From Candidatus Poribacteria bacterium (GTDB taxonomy: Bacteria > Poribacteria > WGA-4E > PCPOR2b), in NCBI GenBank assembly GCA_965208675.1, contig OZ242351.1, positions 3,200,001 to 3,264,000 of the forward strand: a stretch of DNA of 64,000 bases, written 5' to 3'. Below, in pieces: positions 9,179-18,106 of this stretch. The notes beneath the pieces are model-generated. The model was not told where the DNA came from and did no database searches. It saw only the letters and a list, made by a program, of their open reading frames with translations. Each line of letters begins with the position of its first letter. Position 1 is the first letter of the stretch. The position numbers and the translations under genes were made by a program.

Positions 9179-12100
9179 ATGAACAACATCGCATGGCATG
9201 AACATTGTGTGTTGAGAGATGATGTTCGCCAAGGTACACTCACACTCGCAGAATTTGCGGCGGATCTGTATGGAGTGCGAACAGATGATGCGCCGAATGT
9301 TTATCGATTGCCCGATCGATTTTTTGACCGCACCTACCCAACCTACAACCTGAAAACATTGGTGCGAGATGTATTTCAGCGGTTATCGGGGCGCGGCGGA
9401 AAGCCTGTGATTCGGGTTCAAGTCGCTTACGGCGGCGGTAAAACTCACGCACTGATTGCTCTGTTACATTTGGCAGAGCAGGGCAATCAATTGAAAACCC
9501 ATCGAACCGTGCAGGAGTTTATAGGATTCAGTGGGATCGATCCACTGCCGCGGGCGAGAGTTGCCCTACTGCCGTTCGATAAATTTGACGTGAGAGCGGG
9601 ACTTTCGGTATTCAGTCCTGAAGGGACGCCGCGGCAAGTCAAAACACCGTGGGGTGCGTTGGCTTATCAGTTGGCAGGTAATGATGGGCTGGAAAAGGTC
9701 GCTGAACATGAAGCCGGTTATGTCACACCCGCTGAACCCCTCCTTGTTGAACTCCTGAAAACACCGCACGCCGCGGGGTTATCCACGCTCGTCCTAATTG
9801 ATGAAACCCTCATGTACATGCGCGGTGCGGCAAACGATGATCCGAGGCGATTGGGAATTCTTCAAGATTTTTTCCAAATACTTACACAAGCGGTTAGCAG
9901 GACGGACGGCACCGCAATTGTTGCTAGCCTCATTACGTCGGAGGTTGTGTCTGGCGATTCAACCGGTGCCCAAGTTTTAAGTGCGGTGGAGAGTGTGTTC
10001 CGTCGCGTCGAAGAAACGGTTGAACCGGTGTCGCGTGACGACATCTCAGAATTGCTTAGACGGCGGTTATTTGAATCTATCCCGTCTGAGACAACACGTC
10101 GTACTATTGTAGACAGCCTTACTGGAGCGATGCAAAGACTGCCCCTGCGGGATTCGCAGAAGGATCGGGCTGCATACGATCAACTCTTGGAATCTTATCC
10201 ATTTCACCCGGAATTGCTCAATGTTTTCTATCAGAAGTGGACGCAATTGAGTAAATTCCAACGCACGCGCGGCGTCCTTCGGACATTTGCAACCGCCTTG
10301 AGAGCGTCCGACGGGAAAGATCTCGCTCCGTTTGTCGGACCGAGCGCGTTACTCGGAACGGAGGATAAACTCTCTGATGCGGTGGGTGAACTGATTGAAG
10401 CGTGCGAAGAGGGCAATCAGTGGACGCCAATTCTCGCTGGCGAACTTCAAAAAGCCCGCGAGATTCAGAGAGGTTTCCCGCTGCTCAAATCCCGAGAAAT
10501 AGAAGCATCCGTGCTCTCTACCTTTCTGCATTCACAGCCGCTTGGGCAGAAAGCGGATCTGACAGACCTCTATCCACTGCTCGCACACCCGGATATCGAC
10601 AAGATGTCGGTGGAGGATGGGCTTTCTGGGTGGCGCGACGTTTCCTGGTTTCTCAAAGAGGACGAAAGCATTTGGAGTCTAGGGATAACACCCAATCTCA
10701 CCAGCATGCACGCACGGGCAATGGCGCGGCTGACAGAAGACCGAATCAACGACGATTTGATACAGCGGATAAGAAAAACCAGACTCGGTGAGAATACCGC
10801 TGAGGTGGTCGTTCACGTCTTGCCCGATTCATCCGCCGATGTTTCCGACAATCCCGATCTCCACTTCGTGGTTGTTGGTCCCGAGTCTTCCGCAGTGCCC
10901 GGCGCGGATGTCCCCGAATCCCTCAAAGTCTTTTTCGATAGGACCTACCGTAACAACATCATCATACTTGCTCCTGATAACGCGCGGTTGGCAGGATTGC
11001 GCCAGCGAATTCGTAAGATTCTTGGTTGGGTGGGAATCGAAAGCGGCGATGAGTTAAACCTCTTGAGCGAACCGCAAAAAGCCCTGCTGCTGCAACGCAA
11101 ACGGGATGATGAAGCCGGCATCGCAGATTCCATCAAATTGACATATAGTGTACTGATTGCGATTGACGAGGCGGGTAAAATTAAAGCACATCTGTTGCCG
11201 CCGGGACCTGCATCACCCTTTGATCGGATAACAACCTTTCTGGTGGAAGCAGAACGCCTTCTGACGACCTCACTGGATCCGGACCTGCTAACACCCGACA
11301 GCATTTTTGAACTGTGGGGCGCCGATGAAACCTCAAAGCCTATCCAAGGACTATATCGCATGTTTGCCAGCCTTCCCCGGCTGCCTAGATTGTTGGGACG
11401 GACGGTATTCGTCGAAACACTTCAACGCGGCATTACAGCAGGACGAATAGTCCTGCGTGACGTTCGATCGGACGGCTCTCAGCGCACATTCTGGCGCGAA
11501 TCGCCATCCGCTGAAGAGCTCGCAAAACGAGATTTGGAAATTGTTCCGGTTGAACACGCAGAACTCCACAATCTTAGCCCCGAGTTGTTGCGTCCTGGGG
11601 TATTACCGGAACTGTGGCAAAACGATAATGTTCCGATAACGGTGGGTGGAATTCGGGAATACTTCGAACGAGACGACGTTCCGACACTCGCGTCCGACGC
11701 GATTCTGTTCGGTGCAATCAGGGCTGCAGTTGACGCAGGTATGCTGATGGGACGCAGCCGGAGCAAAGCTTATTATAAGGAAGCGTTGCCTGAATCCGAA
11801 TTTCATGATGACTTGGAGCTACTCGCCCCGCCCGAACCCCTTCGTGGCGGGGAAATTACGCAGCACACGCTGCCCGAGGCGTGGGAAGGGAACAAATCCT
11901 CTGTCGGTAAGGTGATGGCTGAACTCGTCAAACGTCGAGGAGGTCCGATGCCGTGGACCTTCATAGTTGACGCTGTCAACGACGGTTTGGACAAAAAACT
12001 CTTTGAAATCGGCGAAAGCAGCCGCGCTTGGCCCTGTGATGCCGACAATGCGGACAAGATTGGTTTAAAAGTTTCGGAAGCGCCTATGACGCTATCTCCC

Positions 12101-12541
12101 GCCGAGATTGTGGCGGTGATGCAAAATCCACCCGATAGTTCGGGTTATGTCACACTTGAATGGATAAAACACGCGCTCGAATCCAAGAAAGGCTTTCCCA
12201 TTTCCGATGGTGTCTTTCGCTATGCGGTCGATCAAGCATTAAAAAACAAACTGATCATTGCTGAGGATCCGCCGGTCAGCGACTTTTATCAAACGCCGGT
12301 ACGGCTCCCATTATGGGTAGGTCATACTGAATCGCACCTCACTGAAACTCAAATCCAGGATTTCGCAGAAACCGTTAGCGACTTTTCCGAAATTGCACCT
12401 GAGCTTGAGTTTGAATTTCGAATCGTGGTTACTGCGGAGGGAGAATCCCCGTCAAGGGAGGTGTTGGAAAAGATAAACAACAAATTTCGCACGGTGACAG
12501 ACAAGCTGGAGTTTCCTGTGGAATCGAACTCCGAAAGCTAA
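9179..12541 (+). CDS. DUF499-family AAA+ ATPase (BrxC/PglY-related)
   Basis: AEFAADL, FFDRTYPT, Walker A YGGGKTH, Walker B LVLIDE, SYPFHP, FQRTRGVLR; SD AAAGGAG. Confidence 0.9.
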   Translation: MNNIAWHEHCVLRDDVRQGTLTLAEFAADLYGVRTDDAPNVYRLPDRFFDRTYPTYNLKTLVRDVFQRLSGRGGKPVIRVQVAYGGGKTHALIALLHLAEQGNQLKTHRTVQEFIGFSGIDPLPRARVALLPFDKFDVRAGLSVFSPEGTPRQVKTPWGALAYQLAGNDGLEKVAEHEAGYVTPAEPLLVELLKTPHAAGLSTLVLIDETLMYMRGAANDDPRRLGILQDFFQILTQAVSRTDGTAIVASLITSEVVSGDSTGAQVLSAVESVFRRVEETVEPVSRDDISELLRRRLFESIPSETTRRTIVDSLTGAMQRLPLRDSQKDRAAYDQLLESYPFHPELLNVFYQKWTQLSKFQRTRGVLRTFATALRASDGKDLAPFVGPSALLGTEDKLSDAVGELIEACEEGNQWTPILAGELQKAREIQRGFPLLKSREIEASVLSTFLHSQPLGQKADLTDLYPLLAHPDIDKMSVEDGLSGWRDVSWFLKEDESIWSLGITPNLTSMHARAMARLTEDRINDDLIQRIRKTRLGENTAEVVVHVLPDSSADVSDNPDLHFVVVGPESSAVPGADVPESLKVFFDRTYRNNIIILAPDNARLAGLRQRIRKILGWVGIESGDELNLLSEPQKALLLQRKRDDEAGIADSIKLTYSVLIAIDEAGKIKAHLLPPGPASPFDRITTFLVEAERLLTTSLDPDLLTPDSIFELWGADETSKPIQGLYRMFASLPRLPRLLGRTVFVETLQRGITAGRIVLRDVRSDGSQRTFWRESPSAEELAKRDLEIVPVEHAELHNLSPELLRPGVLPELWQNDNVPITVGGIREYFERDDVPTLASDAILFGAIRAAVDAGMLMGRSRSKAYYKEALPESEFHDDLELLAPPEPLRGGEITQHTLPEAWEGNKSSVGKVMAELVKRRGGPMPWTFIVDAVNDGLDKKLFEIGESSRAWPCDADNADKIGLKVSEAPMTLSPAEIVAVMQNPPDSSGYVTLEWIKHALESKKGFPISDGVFRYAVDQALKNKLIIAEDPPVSDFYQTPVRLPLWVGHTESHLTETQIQDFAETVSDFSEIAPELEFEFRIVVTAEGESPSREVLEKINNKFRTVTDKLEFPVESNSES

Positions 12542-12777
12542 GCGTAATGCGCGGATTTTTGGTTGATGCCGTTCAACTCAAACTACTCTATTCAGATGTT
12601 TCAGACGGAAACCCAAAATATGTGAGGTTTTGTGACATCCGTAGATATTTTACAAAACCGAAACGCCTCCGAATCCGCATCACAAGCGGGCTTCAGCGAA
12701 TCTCACAAGTCCGTTTTCCACATCACACCATACCTCACAAAATGTGACACGGTGTGAGGTTTTGTGGCATCCTGTAG

Positions 12778-12840
12778 TGTAGGTTGGGTTTTGCCGTTGA
12801 CTCAACCCAACCTACAACCTCCTTCCTCCTTGGTAAGGAG
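12778..12840. repeat. REP-like hairpin joined to the 27-bp repeat
   Basis: Perfect 13-bp stem TGTAGGTTGGGTT (12778-12790) / AACCCAACCTACA (12804-12816), overlapping the inverted copy of 746-772. Confidence 0.8.
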
Positions 12841-13050
12841 GGGAATGAACATTGAATGAACCGAAAAAGATCTCCCACCGTGAGAGAGAACTATCACCCT
12901 CCCTATTCAGTCGGTTGATAGCTCAATCCTACCTACAGAACCTTACGCAATTCAGTTTGTAGTGGCGCAATTTATTGCGCGTCCGGCAGGCCGTTCTCTT
13001 CCTCCATCTGACATGTTGTTTTATGTAGAAACGGGCAATGAAGAGGAATC

Positions 13051-13478
13051 ACTATCGCCTTCACTATTCGCTCAGTTGATCCCTACTACATACCTTCGGG
13101 CGTTCAACTGCAAAACTCCTATTTTAGCAAAATTTTAATTTTTCACAGTTTTTCATAGTGTGGTGTCACGCCGCGCCCGATGAAACCCGCCTAAAGATCT
13201 GTCCACGACTGGATTACCGACCGTTTTCTCTGCAATTCGGAACTACATCAGAACTGCGCCAAACTATGAAAACTATGAAATTTTGAATTATCTGTAAAGT
13301 TGCAATATCCCTATTGTTAAAATTCGCCATTGCAATACCCGCTTTCGCAACCCTTTTTTCATTTGATTTTTGAGTACGGTTTCAACAATCCACCAAAATC
13401 TGGTTAGCGACCGAACAAGGAACGCTATAGTTTTCGTGTCGGTGAAGACTATCGCCTTCGCTATTCACTCAGTTGATC
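13051..13478. repeat. 31-bp direct repeat, two copies (13051-13081, 13448-13478)
   Basis: ACTATCGCCTTC[A/G]CTATTC[G/A]CTCAGTTGATC, 2 mismatches. Confidence 0.8.
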
Positions 13479-13642
13479 GTTGGGTTTCGCTGCAGGCTAA
13501 CAACTTTCAAACTGTTGCCTCCCCTGAAACCCTTCCTAAATATGAAACAACCCCTACCGAATCCGCTCTACCCAACCTACAAATACTTTCCATCAAGTTG
13601 AACGTAAACGATGCGCCCAGAATCCCGCCCAAATTTTACATC

Positions 13643-13671
13643 TTGACATATCAACCATATTCTGGAATAAT
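13643..13671 (+). promoter_or_regulatory. Sigma-70-type promoter for the glycosyltransferase
   Basis: TTGACA-N17-AATAAT with TG extension, 35 nt before ATG 13706. Confidence 0.55.
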
Positions 13672-13705
13672 CAAAACAGCCATTTCCGCCAGAAAGCAAT
13701 GGAGC

Positions 13706-14929
13706 ATGAATATTCTTTTCCTATCTATCACGGTTCCGTTCCCGCCCAACGATGGCGGACGCATCCGCATATTGAACTTGCTCAAACAGATTGCCTCCAA
13801 AAACCGGATTTCCCTGCTAGCGCTGGAAACTGCACCGACGGATAGTGAAGGAATTGCCTACCTCCGCGAATTGGGGATTGACGCCCATCTGGTGCAACGA
13901 GCCCCGAATTTGCCGCCGCTGCGCCCGAACACGGCTTTACGCGCCCTTATAATGAGGCAGCCCATTACCGTGGCTCGTTACTATTTCCCGGCATTCAAAC
14001 AAAAATTGCACGCGCTGTTGACGCAAAACACCTTTGATTTGATTGACCACGAATACCTGCATACGGCGCCATATCGCGTAAAGGCGAATCTGCCCGCATT
14101 GCTCACCGCGCATAATGTCGATTCTCACATTTGGCGCCGCCTGTGTCAACAGACAAATAATCCCGCGCGCAAATTCCTATTCTGGTCACAGAAATACCTC
14201 TTTGAACGCTACGAACGCCGGACACTGCCAAAATTCGATGCGATTGCGTGCACCTCCGAAACCGATCGCGCCGTACTCCAGAGCATCGCTCCCAATGCCG
14301 CCGTTGACGTGATTCCCAATGGGGTAGACTTGGAGTTGTATCAACCAAACCACACGTGTGAGGACGAAGCCGCCCTCGTCTTCACCGGTAGTATGGATTG
14401 GTATCCAAACGAGGACGCCGTCATCTATTTCGCGGATGAGATTTTTCCAATAATTAAAGCCAGGCGGGCAGATGCAAAATTTTACATTGTCGGGCAGCAT
14501 CCCACGAATCGAGTGCAAAAACTAGGGGAGCGTCCGGGGATTATCGTTACCGGGAGAGTCGAAGATACCAAGCCGTACATCGCGCGCGCAACGGTTTACG
14601 TCGTACCCCTGCGGATTGGCAGCGGTACGCGCCTCAAAATTCTTGAAGCGCTCGCCATGGAAAAAGCTGTTGTTTCAACAACGGTAGGAGAAGAGGGTTT
14701 AAATCTAATTGGCGGCGAAGAAATTATCATCGCTGACGAACCGGCGCGCTTTGCCGATGCCGTCGTTCAACTCATTGGAGATAAACAGATGCGCCGGCAG
14801 ATCGGGGAAAAAGGCTGGCAGCGCGTCGAGGCTGATTACGACTGGCGCCGAATCGGCGAGAAATTACATCAGCTTTACGAATCAGTTGTAACCAATCACT
14901 CACGGAAAAGCAGTGCCAGTGGTCAGTGA
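13706..14929 (+). CDS. GT4-family glycosyltransferase
   Basis: MNILFLS..PFPPNDGGRIR, PNGVD, GSGTRLKILEALA; start moved from 13370 to 13706 because the extension runs through repeats and a promoter. Confidence 0.88.
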   Translation: MNILFLSITVPFPPNDGGRIRILNLLKQIASKNRISLLALETAPTDSEGIAYLRELGIDAHLVQRAPNLPPLRPNTALRALIMRQPITVARYYFPAFKQKLHALLTQNTFDLIDHEYLHTAPYRVKANLPALLTAHNVDSHIWRRLCQQTNNPARKFLFWSQKYLFERYERRTLPKFDAIACTSETDRAVLQSIAPNAAVDVIPNGVDLELYQPNHTCEDEAALVFTGSMDWYPNEDAVIYFADEIFPIIKARRADAKFYIVGQHPTNRVQKLGERPGIIVTGRVEDTKPYIARATVYVVPLRIGSGTRLKILEALAMEKAVVSTTVGEEGLNLIGGEEIIIADEPARFADAVVQLIGDKQMRRQIGEKGWQRVEADYDWRRIGEKLHQLYESVVTNHSRKSSASGQ

Positions 14930-14942
14930 CCAGTGGCTAGTG
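14911..14942. repeat. Heptamer-type tandem repeat (CAGTGRC-like) at gene ends; also ~16013-16058, ~17252-17349, ~31395-31429
   Basis: CAGTGCCAGTGGTCAGTGACCAGTGGCTAGTG and reverse-complement versions such as CCACTGACCACTGGCTACTGGCACTG. Confidence 0.75.
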
Positions 14943-14957
14943 ATGTGTGGTGTACAT

Positions 14958-15003
14958 TCCGTTACAGAAACCGAGTTTTGAAGGATAAAAACTCGGTTTC
15001 AAA
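14958..15003. repeat. Palindromic repeat, copy 1
   Basis: TCCGTTACAGAAACCGAGTTTT-GAAGGATA-AAAACTCGGTTTCAAA, abutting the thiN stop codon. Confidence 0.85.
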
Positions 15004-15849
15004 CTACTGGTTGTACCAGTTATGGATAACGTAAACCGGGTCAGAACCTTTTGCGAGCTGAATCGAAGCGCTATCTGCATTCGGCGTGAACTCGTTTCGC
15101 AGAGTACTCGGAACATCCGCGTCCATGTCCGGATCGACTCGCAATCCTGATAAACCCCAACGTAGATTCTTGCTGCTTGCCACAATCACATGGGGATGCG
15201 CTGCAACTAGCGAGATCCGCTGCAACCCCTCGTTTTTTCGTTCTAATGTCAAATCCGAAACTACAAAATGAATCGTTTGGAAAACGTCCCGCATTTCTGC
15301 ACAATAAGCATTACGAGAAACGGAAGGTGATTCGTTAATTCGGCCGCCTTGACTGGTTGGTGAGAGCGGCTGGGTTGAACTAATGGCTTTCACAAGTTTT
15401 TTTGAAAATACGCCAAAACCGAAGCGCATGAGTTTCAGATTCCCAAGGAAATGGTCGGTCTCATAGCCATTCGACTTAGGCAACCCGCCGTAGATAATAA
15501 TCTGGGCGGAGTTGAATTCCTCTATTGCATAGGCTACCGCTAATTGTCCATCTGTATAATCCTTGTCAACCATGCCAACCCACTCGTGGATAATTCGCAT
15601 GCCGCCTGCTCGGAAACCTTCGATACCGCGTATTGTCTGGGCTTCATCCAATGAATCGAGATCGCCGATAAGCACCGTTGGGGCAAACTGAGCGCCATAC
15701 GTCTGATTGACGTTACAAAAACACTGCAACCCTGCATCAGCGCAGATTAATGGGTATCTGTTCTCCAACCCCCATTCAATCTCCTGTCTGTAGAACTCAG
15801 GATTGCCAGAGTCGTAATTGCCGTTTAGGAAGATTAATGCAGGTTTGAT
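15004..15849 (-). CDS. thiN: Thiamine pyrophosphokinase
   Basis: ICADAG, IGDLDS, DKDYTD, DHFLGNL motifs; frame extends 27 codons above the listed TTG to (I)KPALIFLNG, implying an ATC start. Confidence 0.78.
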   Translation of the reverse strand: MKPALIFLNGNYDSGNPEFYRQEIEWGLENRYPLICADAGLQCFCNVNQTYGAQFAPTVLIGDLDSLDEAQTIRGIEGFRAGGMRIIHEWVGMVDKDYTDGQLAVAYAIEEFNSAQIIIYGGLPKSNGYETDHFLGNLKLMRFGFGVFSKKLVKAISSTQPLSPTSQGGRINESPSVSRNAYCAEMRDVFQTIHFVVSDLTLERKNEGLQRISLVAAHPHVIVASSKNLRWGLSGLRVDPDMDADVPSTLRNEFTPNADSASIQLAKGSDPVYVIHNWYNQ

Positions 15850-15860
15850 TGGGATTTGCC

Positions 15861-15908
15861 TCCGTTACAGACAGAAACCGAGTTTTGAATAAAAAACTCG
15901 GTTTCAAA
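15861..15908. repeat. Palindromic repeat, copy 2
   Basis: TCCGTTACAGACAGAAACCGAGTTTT-GAATAA-AAAACTCGGTTTCAAA, same orientation as copy 1. Confidence 0.85.
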
Positions 15909-16128
15909 TTACACATCTTACACTGTATAAAGGGATTCACGCGGATTAGGTATTAGCCGATTTCAGCTTATGTTACAGAAGAATTGAAAGGCGAGTATAG
16001 TATATCATAAAACCAGTGGCTAGTTGCCAGTGGTCAGTGAAAAAACTGGTCACTAGCCGCAGGCAGCGGTGCACCGCTTTTAGAGCTACTCCCTCTTGGG
16101 GTCGCCCAGACATTGAAAGGAAAAACGG

Positions 16129-17271
16129 TTGTTAACTTGGGGCCGCAATTTTCGGTTGTTGGCATGCGCAGTCTTTGGAACCGGCGTGTTTTTCGGAATC
16201 CAGACAGCGCTCTTTTACAACTTCATTGTGGATCGAATCGGTATCGATTCCGTTGAATTGGGCTATATGGAATCACTGCGGGAAGTGCCCGGATTCCTCA
16301 ACGCATTCTTTACCGCTATTACAATCTATTTTGCGCCGCCCATTCTCAGTGGAATCGCTCTCATCGTCATGGGATGTGGAATGGCGGCATACTCGCAGGC
16401 GAATGCATTCTTAGAGGTGCTCATCTACTCGTTCGTATGGAGCATCGGCTTTCACGCATGGCTGCCCCTGCGCGGTGCAATGACGTTAGCCTACTCCGAG
16501 GGAGACGAGAAGGGAAAATGGCTAGGTCAATTGAGAAGCGTGGAGAGTTTTGCTACGTTAGGGGCAATCTTGCTGTGCCTGCTCGCTGTGAACGCCTTAG
16601 AGTTTGAAGGGCTGTTTCAAATTGGCGGCGCGTTAGTTGCTGTCGGCGGAGTAATTTTGATGTTCGCTTCGCGTCAGTTACAAGCGGAACGCGAGCCTCG
16701 GCTTGTGCTCCGGAAACGCTATTGGCTCTATTATCTATTATCCTTCCTTCAAGGATGCCGCAGGCAAATTTTCATTACTTTTGCGATATTCGCGCTTGTC
16801 AAAGTGTACGGCACCGATAGAAATCTGATTATTAGACTCGTCCTGATTAATCAGGTCGTAGTGCTGGTTGTGGCTCCAATTGCAGGTCAACTTATCGACA
16901 AACTCGGCGAACGCAAGATGTTGAGCGCCAGTTATATCGGCTTATTTTTCGTGTTCATAGGTTATGCGGTGCTGCATAATGCAAACCATTTGTATATCCT
17001 ATACTGTATTGATAATTTCTTGTTTATTGGAGGTATCGCGCTAACCACCTACCTGAACAAAATCGCGCCGAAAAGCGATCTCAAGCCAACGCTCGCGATG
17101 GGCGTAACCATGAACCATGTCGCTGCAGTCGCGGTACCGCTAATCGGCGGACTCGCATGGAAACATTTTGGCTATCAAGTCATCTTCATTAGCGGCGCAG
17201 TTTTCGTGTTAATCTCGTTGATAGTCACACAGTGGATTAAAACGGGAAGAAGCAGTGCCGGTGGAGAGTGA
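16129..17271 (+). CDS. MFS transporter
   Basis: About 12 hydrophobic segments, GQLIDKLGERK MFS loop motif. Confidence 0.85.
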   Translation: MLTWGRNFRLLACAVFGTGVFFGIQTALFYNFIVDRIGIDSVELGYMESLREVPGFLNAFFTAITIYFAPPILSGIALIVMGCGMAAYSQANAFLEVLIYSFVWSIGFHAWLPLRGAMTLAYSEGDEKGKWLGQLRSVESFATLGAILLCLLAVNALEFEGLFQIGGALVAVGGVILMFASRQLQAEREPRLVLRKRYWLYYLLSFLQGCRRQIFITFAIFALVKVYGTDRNLIIRLVLINQVVVLVVAPIAGQLIDKLGERKMLSASYIGLFFVFIGYAVLHNANHLYILYCIDNFLFIGGIALTTYLNKIAPKSDLKPTLAMGVTMNHVAAVAVPLIGGLAWKHFGYQVIFISGAVFVLISLIVTQWIKTGRSSAGGE

Positions 17272-17350
17272 CGAGTGGGGGAGAAAACGAGAAAACGGAA
17301 AGACGTGAGCCGCCAGTAGCCACTGACCACTGGCTACTGGCACTGTTTTT

Positions 17351-17902
17351 TCAGTCAAGGGTTTTTACTTTCCCGAATTTATCAGTAACGGCGACCGCCC
17401 CGCCGTCTTCACTAATACCAATCGCCACCCCCGATTTCTCGTCCTTACCCAAGACACCGACAAAACCACCGTTTGACCCGTAATCGAGCGACGCCACCGG
17501 TTTCCCGTCTTTGTTCCGGACCTCGACAATCCCGCCGTGTTCACCGATACCAAGCCACGCCATCGATTCCCCGTCCTTACCCTTAGCAGTCACACGCCCG
17601 CTGTCTTCGTCGGATTGGAGAATCACCCGGAATTCCCCGTCCTTGCCCAAGACTCCGACACGCCCGCCGTGTTCATCACCAATGACACTCACCTTTGCGT
17701 CGGTTTCCAGCACGCTTGCGTATGTTCTTGTAGTGAGAAACACCCTCACCTTGCCTGACGCATCAACGACTCTCAAACTTGTGCACTCAATATCCCCGAA
17801 TTTATCGCGTTGCGCTGTCACTGACGACACCGCCAACGCCGTGATGATACTGCCTACAATACCGCCAATGATACCGCTGATAACCTGATGTTTCGTGTGC
17901 AT
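17351..17902 (-). CDS. Exported or membrane-anchored protein with ~22-aa beta-hairpin repeats
   Basis: SD AAGGAG before ATG 17902; hydrophobic N-terminus; repeats of the form GGxVxVxxKDGK. Confidence 0.7.
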   Translation of the reverse strand: MHTKHQVISGIIGGIVGSIITALAVSSVTAQRDKFGDIECTSLRVVDASGKVRVFLTTRTYASVLETDAKVSVIGDEHGGRVGVLGKDGEFRVILQSDEDSGRVTAKGKDGESMAWLGIGEHGGIVEVRNKDGKPVASLDYGSNGGFVGVLGKDEKSGVAIGISEDGGAVAVTDKFGKVKTLD

Positions 17903-18106
17903 TGTAATCTCCTTTTGGGTTGGGTTAGCTACGAGAATCAACTTCAGACGCTACACCTTCCGTAGGCGGGGCATCTTGCCCCGCATTCATGTCGCCTGTC
18001 CATTGGAATTTCTACTTTTGAGTCGGGTTAGCTACAAAAATCATCTTAGGTAGTCAATATCGAGGCCAGGAAGCCTCTCCCACAAGCCAAATTCGGTCGG
18101 TTGATC

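Larger units (their letters stand above)
1614..12541 (+). other. Putative restriction-like / BREX-related anti-phage operon
   Basis: Co-oriented SNF2-nuclease, DUF1156 methylase and DUF499 ATPase, the core of the known DUF499-DUF3780-DUF1156-SNF2 restriction-like system. Confidence 0.8.

Noticed and set aside
746-12840. Composite transposon bounded by 27-bp terminal inverted repeats
   Set aside because: No transposase or integrase, no convincing target-site duplication, and the repeat looks like a dispersed palindrome.
12600-13600. CRISPR array in the repeat-rich intergenic region
   Set aside because: Repeats come in pairs of different families with irregular spacing; no repeat-spacer periodicity and no cas genes.
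13370-13705. 112-aa N-terminal extension of the glycosyltransferase ORF
   Set aside because: Runs through REP-like repeats and a sigma-70 promoter; the family-typical start is at 13706.
14958-15908. Integron attC sites around thiN
   Set aside because: No RYYYAAC/GTTRRRY core pair and no integron integrase.
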